Shown piece by piece: positions 31,261-44,750 of a stretch of DNA of 64,000 nucleotides. The stretch comes from Camelus dromedarius (lineage: Eukaryota): the NCBI RefSeq assembly GCF_036321535.1, contig NC_087453.1, forward strand, positions 40,734,001-40,798,000, written 5' to 3'. The position numbers and the translations under genes are program-made. How positions within the stretch are numbered: position 1 is the stretch's first letter; every line of letters starts with the position of its first letter. The notes under the pieces are model-generated. The model was not told the DNA's origin, did no database searches, and saw only the letters and a list, made by a program, of their open reading frames with translations.

Positions 31261-34204
31261 TACATTTTTTTTTCCTTAAGATTTTTTCTAGCACTAGGCT
31301 GCCTGAGTTAAAGCTCAGGCAAGTTTCCTTTAATGTTAACACCCACCCTGCATTGAACTAAATGTTCCGCAGGCCTGTCTCCATCACCCACCCAGGCTGC
31401 CACCCTGCAGCCCCTGAATTGAGTGCCGGCTCGCAATCCCAGGGCTTCAGGCATTAGTCTCCTTGGTCCCTTGGCTTATTATTACCTTTCCCCATGGTGT
31501 AAATTCTCCTGCCCTCTTGCTTCTTGGACAGGGCAATTCTGAACTGGGTGACCCTCAGATTTCTCAAGGCGCAGCCGGCTCCAGCCACCCCCGTGGTGTC
31601 TGGCTTGGCAAGAGCCCTGTGTTTTGTGCCCTTCCTACTGCACTCCTCCACCCTGGCCGCTGTCATCTGCTTCTTGTCTCAGGGTCTTTCTGGGGAAACC
31701 CGAACAAAGAAATGCACAGATTCAGGTCCCGCCTGTTCTTCTACCTCTGACCCAAGTCCACGGGTTCAGAGATTCTTCCTGACCTGCAGACGCTCATGCT
31801 CACAGAGCTGTCCTGGACCCTTCTGGCGTTTGTCCTTTGAACCAATCACTGTGAGGCTGCATGTGATTATTCATCCTCTTACCTTTTGTGACCCTCCTCC
31901 TTCCTATCATCAGAGAAACTGCCAAAAGTCAAGATCTCACCTTCATGTTGATTTTCTTTGTTTTCGTAGTGTGGAACTAATGCAGGGTCCACACAGGTGG
32001 CTAAATCTTACCTGAATGCATAATGTGGCCTTAGTGGGTCTGCAGCCCCCAGGGCTGATTTTGTGGATGTCAGCCATCTCTTCTCTCTTCTTGGATTTCT
32101 TTGCCTTTTAATTAACTTTCCCTTAGGCTTGTGGCTTTTGGGGTCACAGTCACCTGTGGGGTTGACAGTCAGAAGTTTAGAGAGTAGCCATCCATTTTGT
32201 TATAGGGATAATAAAAAAGAAATACACTACTCTGGTCACACTTTCAGAACATTTCAGGCAAATTGGCAGAAATAACTGGGAACAAAAACATGTTGGGAAG
32301 TAGTAATTAGAATTTTTTTTGTCGTTATTTAATGCCTTTAATTCTAAATTTATCCACGGCTTTGTTTTAAAGTTATCATCAGGATTATATGATGTTAAAA
32401 ACAAATAATCAAACTCAGACATTAATGATTCTAAATGTTTTGTTTCAAATATTTTTGCCACATTTCCCCCGTGAGATGAAGTCTATATTTTCTCTCTTCC
32501 TTCCTCCCACCCTCCCTTCCTTCGTTTCTTTCTTTCCAGAATCAACCTGATTAAAATAAAAGTTTTAAATTAAGTGACTCTTAAAAATTCTCTATTTCAT
32601 TTCCATTAAATACCTCATATGGCTAAAAATTGGCAGAAAAATTCAAGTGAGTGAAACTGACAGCTTATGGTTTTGTTTAGCAAATGAGTGTTTACTTTCA
32701 TCTCAGTGCTTTGACTACGGGCTTTACCTTCTTTGTGAAATGAGGGCCAGTACTTCTGGCCTCTCACTTCCAAAACTTTCAGTAGCTGAGGGTATTTACT
32801 TATTCCATGAGTTTAAAAACTGCTAAAATGTTTTTTTCCCCTGAAACAGTGTAACGTTCTGTTTATCATTTGTTTGAACCTGCTTTGCGAGCATCGGTTT
32901 TGTAACATGTATTCCGAAAGGCTCACTTCTCAGATTTTGTTTTTTTCCAACTGCGCACAGCCCCGTCGGGCAGAGGAGGCCTCTCCTTTCGCTCTGCTTT
33001 ATTTCTCCTGAATTGACTTTATCACCATCCCTTCAGTTGTCTTCAGAGTCATCACAGATTATCTCTTCTTGTTGGCAGAAAGCAAGCAGGCAAGAGACTG
33101 CGGGGCACAATTGCTGAAAGGTTCTTCTTTCAATTCAGCTCTCATTCTAATTTTAACTTATTTGGTGCTGCTGTGGAAAAGCTGTTTGCCTGAAATAAGG
33201 TGAATAAATAAATGATATCCTGCATATGGAGTTCATAAAATTGGAGGCAGAAATCTCGGATCTAAAATTTAGACCCAAGGCACTAATTTTTTTTCTTCCT
33301 TTTCCTCTTCCCTTTTATTCACCTTTTTCTCCTTAGTGATCAGGTTGATAGGATGGGCAGGGGTGAAGGGACAGGATATGAGATTTAAAAAATTTGTTTC
33401 CACCTCCTTGTTTGAAACAGGTGGCATTGTAGAATCAAGCATAGTTTCAATCATTTCTAAATGACTGAGGTACTGGCCTGGTGGAAGGAGCTTCCGGACC
33501 TTTGTGGAGCCCAGAGATTTCACAGAAGAGCACAGAGAGCAAGAGACACTGAGTGGACCCTTTGTCCAGGAGACCCAGGGCAACAGCTCCAGTAATTTCA
33601 CTGAGGTCTGCTGACTTGGACTAAGTTGTGCTGGTTCTAAATATGAACCAATTTAAATAGAAATCTAATTTTTTTTTTAAACATAGATGTTACATCTTAA
33701 TGTTTCCACAGGCCCGACTCAGTTTTCTTTCTGAATATAAAGTCTGGACTGTGCTTCTAAAGATAGAGAAAAGGTATGCCTGTGTCTTGCCTCCCTAGAA
33801 AACAGAAACCAGTGCTCTCCTGATTTGCAGTTTTTATTGTGGCCTTCAACACCGAGCCTTCCCCCATGAGGCTCACCCTTGACAGGCATAGAGATAGGGG
33901 TGAATTCCCTGGCTGTGTGCTTTAACGTTCAGACCCAGCAGGCTCCTTTTTACTTTTGACTGGAAACTTCTAACCAAACTGCAAATACAAAAATGTGATG
34001 GGGAGGAAGCTCACCTCAAATACTGGTTCAGGATAGTCATGGGCCTACTGGAGAAGAGAAAAATTAACCTGTCATTAGCAGTTCACACTTCAAGCAAATA
34101 TTCAGTTATGTACTATCTTAAATTCTTCATTGAGACAATACTAATAATATCTGAATGAGTAAAAATGCTCATATGTCTAACATTTAGAACTTTACTGTTA
34201 TAAA

Positions 34205-34445
34205 GACAGTGTAGCCTAACGGTAAAGAATGTTCTAGATCTGGAAACCTTAGTTTGATCCTTGCCTTTCGTTTAACCAGATGTATATGCTTAGGAAATTC
34301 CTGCGTTCTGATTTTCAGTTTCCTCAGCCATAAAATAGACAAAGTAGGATTGTTCTCAGGATTAAGTTAAGTGAGGTGACATGTACATTTATCATAGTAC
34401 CTCAAACTCAGTAAGTAAGCACTATCAATATTAGCTAGTAATAGC
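34205..34445 (+). mobile_element. MIR SINE
   Basis: CAGTGTAGCCTAACGGTAAAGAATG...CAGTTTCCTCAGCCATAAAAT...AGTAAGCACT. Confidence 0.75.
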
Positions 34446-34512
34446 ACTTCAATCATTTTCATGTTTATTATGACATTTAATCTTCCTGACAGCCTCACAG
34501 TGTATTGCAAAC

Positions 34513-34728
34513 TAGGGGCAGGAGAACTTTTTCATAAAGGGCCAGATAGTCTGTTTAGCTTGTGTACCATACAGTTTCTGTTATAACTACTCAACTCTGC
34601 CATTGTAGTCTGAAAGAAGCCAAGAGACAATGTAAAGAAATGGCTGTGTCTGTGTTTCAATAAAACTTTATTTACGAAAATGGGTGGCAAGCAGATTTGG
34701 CCCAGGGACTGTAGTTGGCTGATTCCTG
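34513..34728 (+). mobile_element. MER58A hAT-Charlie DNA transposon, near full length
   Basis: AACTTTTTCATAAAGGGCCAGATAG...ACTACTCAACTCTGCCATTGTAG...AATAAAACTTTATTTAC...GATTTGGCCC. Confidence 0.9.
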
Positions 34729-35424
34729 ACAACTTTCTATTTGCTATTATCTGTATTTTATAAATAAGAAGATGGAAGCAGATTGTTCGGAAGTTGCCTG
34801 TGAGCCCATTGCTAACCAGTAACATCTACTGTTATCTAATTTTTAGTCCAGGACTATGTGCAGAATGGTTTATGACGGCCATTTCTTATCTAGTGATCAT
34901 CGCCTTGTCTGCGAAACAGACTTGTTTGCAGTACTGGTTAGAGTGTGGGGGTCCTGTGGACAGTCTGCTTTTACTTTGTATTATGGCCCAGACTTCATCT
35001 TTAAAAATCAGGGCAATCTTCTTGCTAGCATGCAAATCCATCACTAGGAAGGAATGGACAAGGCGGATGCCTGTGTCAGGATTACCTGAGAGTTAGGAAT
35101 GTTGCACCTCAAAGCAGTTTTAATGCTTCTCTTGACTTGCAGTAACACCAGAAGTGTATTTGTGCAGTCAAAAATGTAGCCCTGGGTTCTGCATCTTTAA
35201 GAGAAAGGGCTAATTTGGGGAATATGAATCAAAATATTGGAAGAAAAAAACCCTGTAAAATATTTTTTGTGAAATAAGTTCTAGCTTTAATTATTTTGGT
35301 TCTAAAAGACATCCCTAAAGAGAAGCATGAAGTCTGTGGTTTGAGCAGAGTCTTTTATACATGCTTCTGGGGTTCACATTCATACATGCTCTTACACATT
35401 CACATTCAACTTTTCTCTCCTCAT

Positions 35425-35426
<2 letters not shown>

Positions 35427-35504
<78 letters not shown>
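35427..35504. repeat. Compound microsatellite (TC)24(AC)15
   Basis: Direct read. Confidence 0.97.
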
Positions 35505-35506
<2 letters not shown>

Positions 35507-36024
35507 ACATGAAGTAAAGAGAGTATTTAGGTGTTTATAAACAGACATTGTGTACCAAACTCTCAGACTCTAAAGAGGTTGCCACAGGCTATTATTCTGA
35601 TCCAATTTATATGTATTTAGATTCAAATTTAATAGTCTTGGCATCAGGTTTCTCAATCTATTACAAATTAGAAGCAACAAATTGGGAAATGAGTATTGCT
35701 AGTAAAGGGTGACTGGCTACAGCCAGAGGTGACAGCTGATATTTGGATACCAAAAGAAGTAGCAAAAAAACCCTGAAAAATCATACCATGGTACCATGTT
35801 GAATCAGTTATTACAGAAAGGTTTACTTATATACATTGTACTCTGATTATTTAAACAGAAATAAGTGTAATATCTTTTAGGATTCTATTGCTCTAAAGTC
35901 ATTCTAACAATTGGAAGTTTTGAGCTTTACTGTGTAAAATCCAGTTTTCTGCAAAGCTGAATTCTAACACCTCTTTTCCTGATGTTGGATAAATATGGAG
36001 TTTCTGCATATTTATATAAATATG

Positions 36025-36566
36025 TTATGGTATAAGCAACCTAAATGTCCATTGACAGATGATTGNNNNNNNNNNNNNNNNNNNNNNNNNNNNNNNNNNN
36101 NNNNNNNNNNNNNNNNNNNNNNNNNNNNNNNNNNNNNNNNNNNNNNNNNNNNNNNNNNNNNNNNNNNNNNNNNNNNNNNNNNNNNNNNNNNNNNNNNNNN
36201 NNNNNNNNNNNTTATATCACTCACATGTGGAACCTTAAAAAAAAAAAAAGGACACTATGAACTTATCTACAAAACAGAAACAAACTCTCAGACTTAGTAT
36301 AACAATTGTATGGTTACTGGGGGAAAGGGGATGGGAAGGGATAAATTTGGGAGTTTGAGATTTACAAATGTTAGCCACTGTATATAAAAACAGATTTTAA
36401 AAAAGTTTCTTCTGTATAGCACAGGGAACTATGTTCAATATCTTATAATAACTTTTAATGAAAAAGATATGAAAACGATTATATGTATGTAAATGCATGA
36501 CTGGGGTATTGTGCTATACACCAGAAATTGACACATTGTAATTGACTGTACTTCAATTAAAAAAAT
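36025..36566 (+). mobile_element. Younger 5'-truncated L1 3' end (camelid type), containing an N gap
   Basis: AAGCAACCTAAATGTCCATTGACAGATGA...CTGTATAGCACAGGGAACTATGTTCAATATC...GCTATACACCAGAAATTGACAC...ACTTCAATTAAAAAAA. Confidence 0.92.
36066..36211. other. Assembly gap (146 N)
   Basis: Run of N. Confidence 1.
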
Positions 36567-39500
36567 ATATATAATATATATTATGATCTAAAATTAATCT
36601 TTTAAAGTAAAAATGTTAATTCATTTTTTAAGCATATTTCCTCTTCAATCATCTATATTTATTTTTATTTATATATTTCTTTATGCCAAACAGAATTAGG
36701 AATAGCTCTTTACAGCTGAGTGATACTGAATCTAATATTAAAAAAAAAACTTAGCATAGGGTAAATCTAGGGACAGCAGCCATCAGAAGACAATTCACAA
36801 CTTGATATGGCAAAAGACCTTGAATACCTCTAAGAATGAGGAAAAAAAGTAGACCTTGAATGGTCAAACCAGAGGCTTCAGTTATATTTACTTGTCAAAA
36901 ATGGACACCACAATTAACAGGAAAACATAGCATGTGCTTAGGGCTGGTGATAAAATCCTGCCTGTCTGAAGATGTGTTTCCATTTTATCTGCTCAATCTT
37001 GGGCTGGTGACAGGCAACAAATATTCAATAAGCCCCTTTCACTAAATTTTCAAAAAGTGAAGTTTAATGCTTTAAATAGTATTTTTTAAAAAAACAAGTT
37101 CATGGTAAAGATCCAGTAAATATTTGGCTTACAATTTCATCTTGTACAGTGAGATGAAAAGATAAGCACAGGGCTCATTGCCCCATGTGTAGAATTCCTA
37201 GGATAGTCATTGCTTCAGTAAATACTCATGGAGAGTAGCTCAGGTTTCAAGTTTTTACATGTTGTTGACTGAGCCTCCCTTTGGGGAAATTTGAAAGTTA
37301 AGGTGTCTTAACTTTCACGATTCAGAAACGCAAGGTTTACTTGACATGCTGGGTTTGACCCTTGTTTCTACCTCTAGGACACTTCCTTCTCATTGCTGTA
37401 TTGTGTTCCATTGTTTTTATCCATAGAGTGCAACTCATTATAGTTTTATTTTATTTAGTTTTTTTTTTAACTACCTTTACCTACTGATTCATTAGTTTTT
37501 ACAATAGTTTTCAATCATTCTAAGCAAATAAATGCATCTGAGCTCAGTCCACGTTTTCCCTAACTGATAAACCACTTTCTGCCTCCACACCTAGGTGTAC
37601 AATCAGTTCTAAAAGCGAAGTTCTCATCCTCTCCTCTCCTGAGGACTCACATTCTCACTGATCACAGCTCTGCCCTCTATCCAAGAGGATTCCCTGCTAG
37701 CATCTCCACAATGGAAGACTTTCATACCAAGTGCATTGGAGCTAAAATTGAGGGAGAGCATGCAATCATTTTTCCCTTTTCCTAAATTATACCCACGTTT
37801 AATATGAGGTTGTAAATTTAAGCTGAGGCTTCTTTGTACTCTTAGGACTGAGAGAGTTGCTCAAGTTTCTCTGGAGTGGGGCAGGAGTTTTCTTTCTGGA
37901 ATTTTGTTCAGAATGTGCAACCATTTTGATTTATTGCAGGCCTTTGCTAAGGCATAATTATAACGTTCATACAATGCTTTTGAAGTCAATTCCAGCTTTT
38001 TTATATTTAAGGAAAAGAGAAATAAATCATGTCTCCATCTTTATCCTGCAGTTTTTCAGGGATAATTTTTAGTGTTGTTGAAGAAGTTGGAAACACCAAA
38101 GTTAATCAGTCATTCTATCATATAGATTTTGCAAAAGCAGGATGTGTAGATTGTTAGTCATGTTTAAGAAAGTCATTTTTCTTGAAGCATTGAAAGATAT
38201 TACTAACCCTACAGACCAGGTGATAGTTTATATGTTGCCAAGGACTTAAAAATATAATTAGCATCCCTGTCATGAATGGCGCTCATCATTACCATGAGGT
38301 TTCTTCGCTTCCTTTTCAGAACTGACCTAGTGTTTTGCAAGGTCGCTTTGAACTAAGTGGGGGCCATGCCTTTAGCTCTGCTGTCTGGCAGCTCTTTTGC
38401 CTGTTGCACCACCCTTCCAACTGCTCGCTCCCCTCTCCCAAGTGTTTCCACTTGACTTACAGAAACAGTTGCATTGTTCTTTCGTCCAAATCCCAAGCAT
38501 TCCCAGGAGAGCTGTTCTCACTTTCTGCAGAGCACTGGCAGTTTATCTCCGTAAGAGAATAGTTTTGAGTTTGGCACTTAACTCTATTTGTTTTTCGTTC
38601 CAATAGGAATCACTCTGGAGTGAGCTAAGCCACTGTGAAGTTGGCTTCTTGAGTTGCCTAGACCTCTTCCATCCGTATGAAATACTTACTTTTTCACGTC
38701 AGAAATTTAATGAAACTAGAGAAGAGAATTCTTTAAAATAACAGTAATAATGAAAGACTCAGGGAAATTTCACATACATCTTTTCAGAGTGGGGTCGATT
38801 TTGCTAAAATGTTGAGGGTTTTGCTTTTTAATATGCTCCCAGGCTAGTCATAAAAATTCATCAAACACATATCTCTTTGAGTTGAAAATACACACTTATT
38901 TCATTCCTACCCATCTATATAGAGGAATTGTTTTTAATAAGAGAAATTATGTGGCTGAATGCCAATGATACATAAAAATTAGAATGTATTATTAAAACTA
39001 TATTGATTCAATTGTACATATAATACTTCAATTAAAAAGAATAAATAATAAAATAAATTGAGAAATGCAGCAGCCAAAGTGGACTTTGTTCTAGGGTCTT
39101 GGTAATCAGCCATATACCAGTGTTTGCTTGTATCACTGAACATTGCACATCTAAAAGGTGATAAATATACACTGACAATCGGAACTGGCCAATATTTTTT
39201 TCTTTCTGATTCATACATCAGCTGGTGTACATTGAATGCCCTGTGTACCTCCATTTCTTAAGTGAATAATCATTGCTGAGACAGTTAGAGAAGCTAATAT
39301 CGAATGGGGCCACTCGTGTTTGACTGTTTTACCACAACTCAAGTATTCAGAGGTTACAAATAAACATTACGTGATGACTTCAGACTTTGCACTGAATCAA
39401 AAAGAACTTAACGAAAAAGGCCAGCCTTGCTTGGGCTCTCAGGGACTTTTTGTGAGCTTGAATGGTCAGTATCTCCTAATCTCTCAGCTGTTTTTTTCTC

Positions 39501-40039
39501 CTGATATCTAATCTTACTCAGTTAGAATGTAGGGAAGAGAACACAATAAGGGGATTAATGGCTCAGCCCAGAGATGTTTGCTTACTAGACAATAGAAAAG
39601 GGAATTTGGTAGAAGTTCTTGCCCTTCCTGTTTACATCCAATAATGTAACCAGTATATTGAAAAGATGGTCAATAGTGGTTGTATTTTTCCAGTTGTGAT
39701 TTCCAGAGTCTTATTGTTAGGTATTCATCAAATAAAGAAAGAGAGAGAAAGAAGGAAAGAGAGAAAAAGAACACAGAGATGATAGATTTGAGAAGTCAGT
39801 GCAGTCACAAAATGAGACTAAAGGAAGGACTAACACTGGGCACCAGAGGGTTTTCTAGACTTGTATCATATCCTTACATATAGTATTCTGTGTAGTTACG
39901 ACTCTCCCCATCTTTCAGATGAAGACATAGAATCCTAAAGAATAAGGAATTGGCTTAGGATCTCTTAGAGTATAAGTACTTGAGCTGGAATTTTAATTCA
40001 TGGAAAAACAAGGAAGATATTTAAGCTGAATGGGCGAGG

Positions 40040-40300
40040 ATGGGCAGAATTTAGGAAATGAGGACAGGGTGGGAGGTTAACTCAGGCCAAAGGTATCCCA
40101 GGTGGGTTGAAGGATACAAACAGAGACAGGGAGGTAGGCAAGCCACTCTGGGTGGAGCCGGGCTTTGGATGGGTAGGAAGTAGAGATGGGGCCTGAAAAG
40201 CGGGTCGAGAGCACCTTATTAGGCCTGTGCCTGCTGCTGTGAGGGGGTGCAGACAGCAACAGGGAAGTTACAGAGTCAGAGCTGTGCTCTAAGAAGACGA
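40040..40300 (-). mobile_element. L2 LINE fragment
   Basis: Purine-rich antisense L2-like sequence (AGTAGAGATGGGGCCTG...TTATTAGGCCTG). Confidence 0.45.
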
Positions 40301-40589
40301 TTTAGGTGCTGGAGGGCAGGAGAGAGGGCAGATGTCTGCAAGTAAAGAGTGAGGCAGCGTGTGTGCCCGGCCTGCAGTGGGGCAGACCAAGAACAGGCTG
40401 CCCTGTGCACTTCTCACCACTGCTGCTCCAACTGCTGCGTGCGGTAACCCCCAACTCATCTGCCCCTCTGGCCTCTTCTCCACAGTGTGGCCCAGTGATC
40501 TTTACAACACCCAGTCTGCTTGTCACCGCCTGCAGAAGATCTCAGCCTGGCCTGGAAAGATACTCGTATTGTCATCCCTGCCTCCTACC

Positions 40590-41050
40590 CCTAAACATGG
40601 CCTGCAAGGTGTGGCCTCCACCTACTCTCTGGTCTTATCTTCCACTTTGATCACTTGTTTTCTCCAGATATGTTGGTTTAAAAAAAAAATTATCCTATCC
40701 TTCTTGTTCACCGTGCCCCAGGGCATTGCAGGTCCTTTGCACGCGCTGTTCCCTCTTCCTGGAATGTACCTCTTTCCCCCCCTTTGTCTTATCAGCTGCT
40801 ACTTCTCCTTCAGATCAGCTCAAACTTCTTTCAAGACCTCTTTGACTAGGTCAAATACTTTATCAAAGTATCTTATAGCCCCATGTATCTATCCCTCCTT
40901 TGTAGCTTTTATTAATATATTTGTGATTTTTGCATTTGTCTGATTATTTAATTAATGTTGGTTTTCCTCCAGGGACCACAGTCTGGTTTTGCTCTCCATT
41001 TAGGTCCAGAATCTAGCATACACCTAGTCCACAGTAGACTCAGTAAATAT
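40590..41050 (+). mobile_element. L2 LINE 3' region
   Basis: CAGGTCCTTTGCACGCGCTGTTCCCTCTTCCTGGAATG...CCTTCAGATCAGCTCAAA...CACAGTAGACTCAGTAAATAT. Confidence 0.8.
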
Positions 41051-43026
41051 GGAGTGCTGGGAGGTGGGGAGCCTATGATTAAAATCTAAGATGATTTGAA
41101 ATTGTCTGTATGTGAAGGCTTCAGTTACTGGAAATGTTACTATTTTTTAAACTCCTTTGGCAGTGATAGTTAGCGATAGAATTATATTCCCAAATCGCAG
41201 GCTGATCTTTTAAGCGCTGCAGCTAAGATTGTACTTTTTCAGTCTGTCTCACATCCTTTCAGCCTAGAAGTCAGCAAACATCCTACTGGGATCTAAAGCT
41301 GCCACTAAAATGGAGGTAAAATGTTGCTCTCCTTGAAATTGTCCCATCTGCTCAGACACGGTCAAGCTTTCTGAGTCCTGGGAGAACTGCAACAGGCCAG
41401 GATTGCTAGTTTTTACAGATTTTAAAGTAAGGCTTAGGGTCTGTGAGCCAAAGGGAGCTATTTTGTTATAGTTTTTAAGTTAAACATAAATAGAGGGTGA
41501 GAAAACAGAAATTAGACAACTTGGGATTCATGTAAAGATAAGCCAGCTGCAACTGCATTATTCAGGATCTTTTTGTGGCTGAAAGAGAAGAATGGTAATT
41601 AACCAATCAGGATGAAATGTCAATTTCAGAGGCAGGTAATGTGAAACTTTCATAAATCATCCAAACACCAAGAAATCTGTTACATTCTGATTTCCAACCT
41701 GCTCTGTTGCTATGAAAACTCACTCTCAGGACTCAGATCTCTGAATGCTACATATTCATGCAGTTATAATTATTTCTGAAGGATGGACTCTGCAGTGATG
41801 GGGGGCAGTTTCCTTCAGTCTGCCTGGAGTGTTTCCAAAGGAATGCAACCGTATAATAAGAGCCAAGCCCTTCTGGACTTACTTTGCTTTACTGCATCGA
41901 AATTTCTCTTCATGATTAAAATAGAAGACATTTTTTCACGGGAGCTGGAAGTTGTCTTGGGACGCGTCTCCGTGGTGTTTGCTAAATTAAAGCTCCTCTT
42001 TTCAAGCCCGGTCTTTATTTTGTTTTTTCAATAGTCCTCTGGCAAAATCAAAGACCTTGCTTCATTACCCTTGCGAGGTGGAGCGGAGCTGGTAGGATGA
42101 TCACAGGGGAGTGAGCAGGCTTCAGCCTTTCTTAAAAAGACCATTTCCATCTCATTGGCAGAGGGACCCCATACTGTGCTCCAGCCAGTTCCTAATTCTT
42201 TCTGCTGTTGGTTCAGAGGGTCAGGCTTTTGTGGGGAGGGATTATTTGTTTCTTTAAAATCCGCCGTGATTCTTTTCCCTCCCGCCTTTTCCTCTTTCTT
42301 TTGTGGCCTGGAACAATGCAATGGTAGTGATTCTTCAGTTTCTGACTTGCAGAAAATCCATCTATACTTGGGAAAATGTAGTTAAATTTAATACTGCAGC
42401 TGGAGGTGAGATAGAAGTGAAGATGGCTTAACTTGTGAAGTGGGTAAAAAAATGTGTAACTGAAACAGTATGATGTTGATGAGGTAGTGTGTGCGGCTGT
42501 CAGGAGGCATTATGATATGTTGATGGAAGAGACTGGCTTCCTAGTTCTGCTATATGCAAATGCGCCAGGATTTTCTGTGGGGGAAAGGAACCTGGCATAT
42601 TAATTGGCTTTGTTTTTAGAGACGCAGGTGAGGCCTTTTCGTTTCTGCTTTCTGAAAAGAAATTCACAGTATGGCCTTAAGCTATTTTTAATCTTGAGTG
42701 TTAACTGACAACCTTAAGAAATGAAAACTCTTAATTTGTATTTAAAATCTTTAAAATTTAAAGCTGAAACATTATTTTGAGTATTAAGCTAGATAAGCAC
42801 TGACTCCAGGAATTCTCATTTTAGGTAAACTAAACTGCATAGGAGGCCCTCTAGTTTCCTACACTGAATCAGAACAGAACAGTTAATATAATAAAGGTAC
42901 TGTAAACTTGAAACACAGGAAATAAATTATACTACATATATTTTGCATTTGGAATTTAACAAATTTTTTGCATAATTGATATGCTTATTTACAGGCACAA
43001 ACATTAGCAAGTTATCCAGGATCTAT

Positions 43027-43085
43027 GTCTGTCTGTCTGTCTGTCTGTCCCTTCGTCCTGAGGGCTGTGTGTGTGTGTGTGTGTG
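43027..43085. repeat. (GTCT)5 and (TG)10 microsatellites
   Basis: Direct read. Confidence 0.9.
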
Positions 43086-44730
43086 TATAAAACTGGATGT
43101 GGGTGATAGGAGGAAATATTAATGAATTTTTCAATATCCCCTTCCTTTAAAAAACTGAAAGGCTGGATCTTAAGGTAAAAGTATTCATTTAAAAACCTTA
43201 TAAAATACTTTACTTTTTCTTTACTTTTTAATCTCCAAGTTACTAGCAGATTGCTGTATTGAATACCTTTCATGTGTTTTTCCTGTTAACATTTCCAAAC
43301 ACCCTTAAGGGATAGCTATTCATTAACTAAGGAGTGCCTAACCTTTTGCAGAGAGGGGATTAAATTTTCATTTCCCTCAAGATTTAAGATGACCAACAAG
43401 TGGATAAGGAGATGGGGTCTTGGGGAGGCTGGGAAAGATTGGAGAGAGTAGAACTGACCCTTGAGTCACTGGGATATTAGAAGGTGGTCTTCAGTTAGTT
43501 GCCTGGGATCCTGAAAAGCCAGGTGGTAGAGAGTTGGGAGGGTGTCTTCATGGCCTTTGACCCCTGGCAATGGCTAGGGACTTGGCAGAAGCTGGTTGGA
43601 GCCGGAAGAAAAAGGAGAGTGCTGGACAAAGGAGGAAGGAGTAGTCATTCTCCCTAAACACATAGTCCACGATGGTGCCTTTCAAAAAAATACACACACA
43701 CCTATGCGCGTGCATACAGACATATATGTAACTATGTGGAGCTAAAGTCATATGGTGACGTGACATGAGAACGCAGTATTAGAGGAAGCAGCATGGTGCA
43801 TGTGGTTCATATGTTAGTGGTAAGACTGTGAGGCAGACAGAGGCTGGTCAGTGAGCACTTGTCTTTCAGCCTCCCCTTCACCCAGGGGTGCAGAACCCCC
43901 AACACGCATGTGGTGCTTGTTCTCAGAAATCCAACTTGGCTGTGCCTTTGGGGCTGATGGAAGGAGCCAAACATGCAGCCTCAGATTTTACAGTTCATAG
44001 AGTCTGGGTTCTTATTCAACTCAAATCATGGTTTCCTAGGTGGGAAAACTTGTTTAGGATTTTAAATGATCAGATCTTCAGAGGAGCCTGAAACAGTCAT
44101 CCTTAAAACTTGAGTTTCTAAGAAGTGGCTGCTAGAAAAAAAAAAAAAAATTATTGTTTGGAAACATTTCCAGAAAATGATGGAATAAGTAATACAATCC
44201 TCTGATAAGGACGTGGTCTCACCGCAAAAAAAAAAAGAGAGCTCAGCTCTAAGCTGGGTTCCATCTAGATTTATTAATTCTCTTTGTTTTGTGATTTAAA
44301 AAAAAACATAAATAGTGAGGAAATGATAGCCTTTTGTCTAGAATGATTACACATTTTACATTTTAAAGTATAGTCATTTTATGTTGGAATCAGAGTATGT
44401 ATTACACATAAAAAAAAATTATCTTGCTTCTGCCTCCTTGAAAATCTCATTTCACAGTCCTCTTTTGTCTCCTCTCAGTTCTTCCCATAGTCTTGATTAA
44501 GTTTAAGAATTTCTGAATTCTCACTTATTGAATTCACTCATATAATCTGCCTTCTCATTATATTTTTCTTAAGACTGAGCCAAAGGTAGTAGGGAAGGGG
44601 AATTTTGTAGTCACAGGGAGCCTAATTTACTAAAAGTCTTCTAGTTTTTGAGACTCCCATACTTACTCATTAAAGAACATTGACAATAAGTGACACATTT
44701 AATCAAATTATCCTAAAATATATATTTCTT

Positions 44731-44750
44731 AAAAAAAAAAAAAAAAAAAA
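44731..44750. repeat. A20 homopolymer
   Basis: Direct read. Confidence 0.95.

Noticed and set aside
31524-32015. 163-aa plus-strand ORF
   Set aside because: GC-richer intronic sequence, non-ATG start, no recognisable protein.
35720-35732. 13-mer CAGCCAGAGGTGA repeated at 52927-52939
   Set aside because: Dozens of shared 13-mers are expected by chance in 64 kb.
40359-40943. 194-aa plus-strand ORF
   Set aside because: Overlaps L2 fragments; pyrimidine-rich, low-stop composition.
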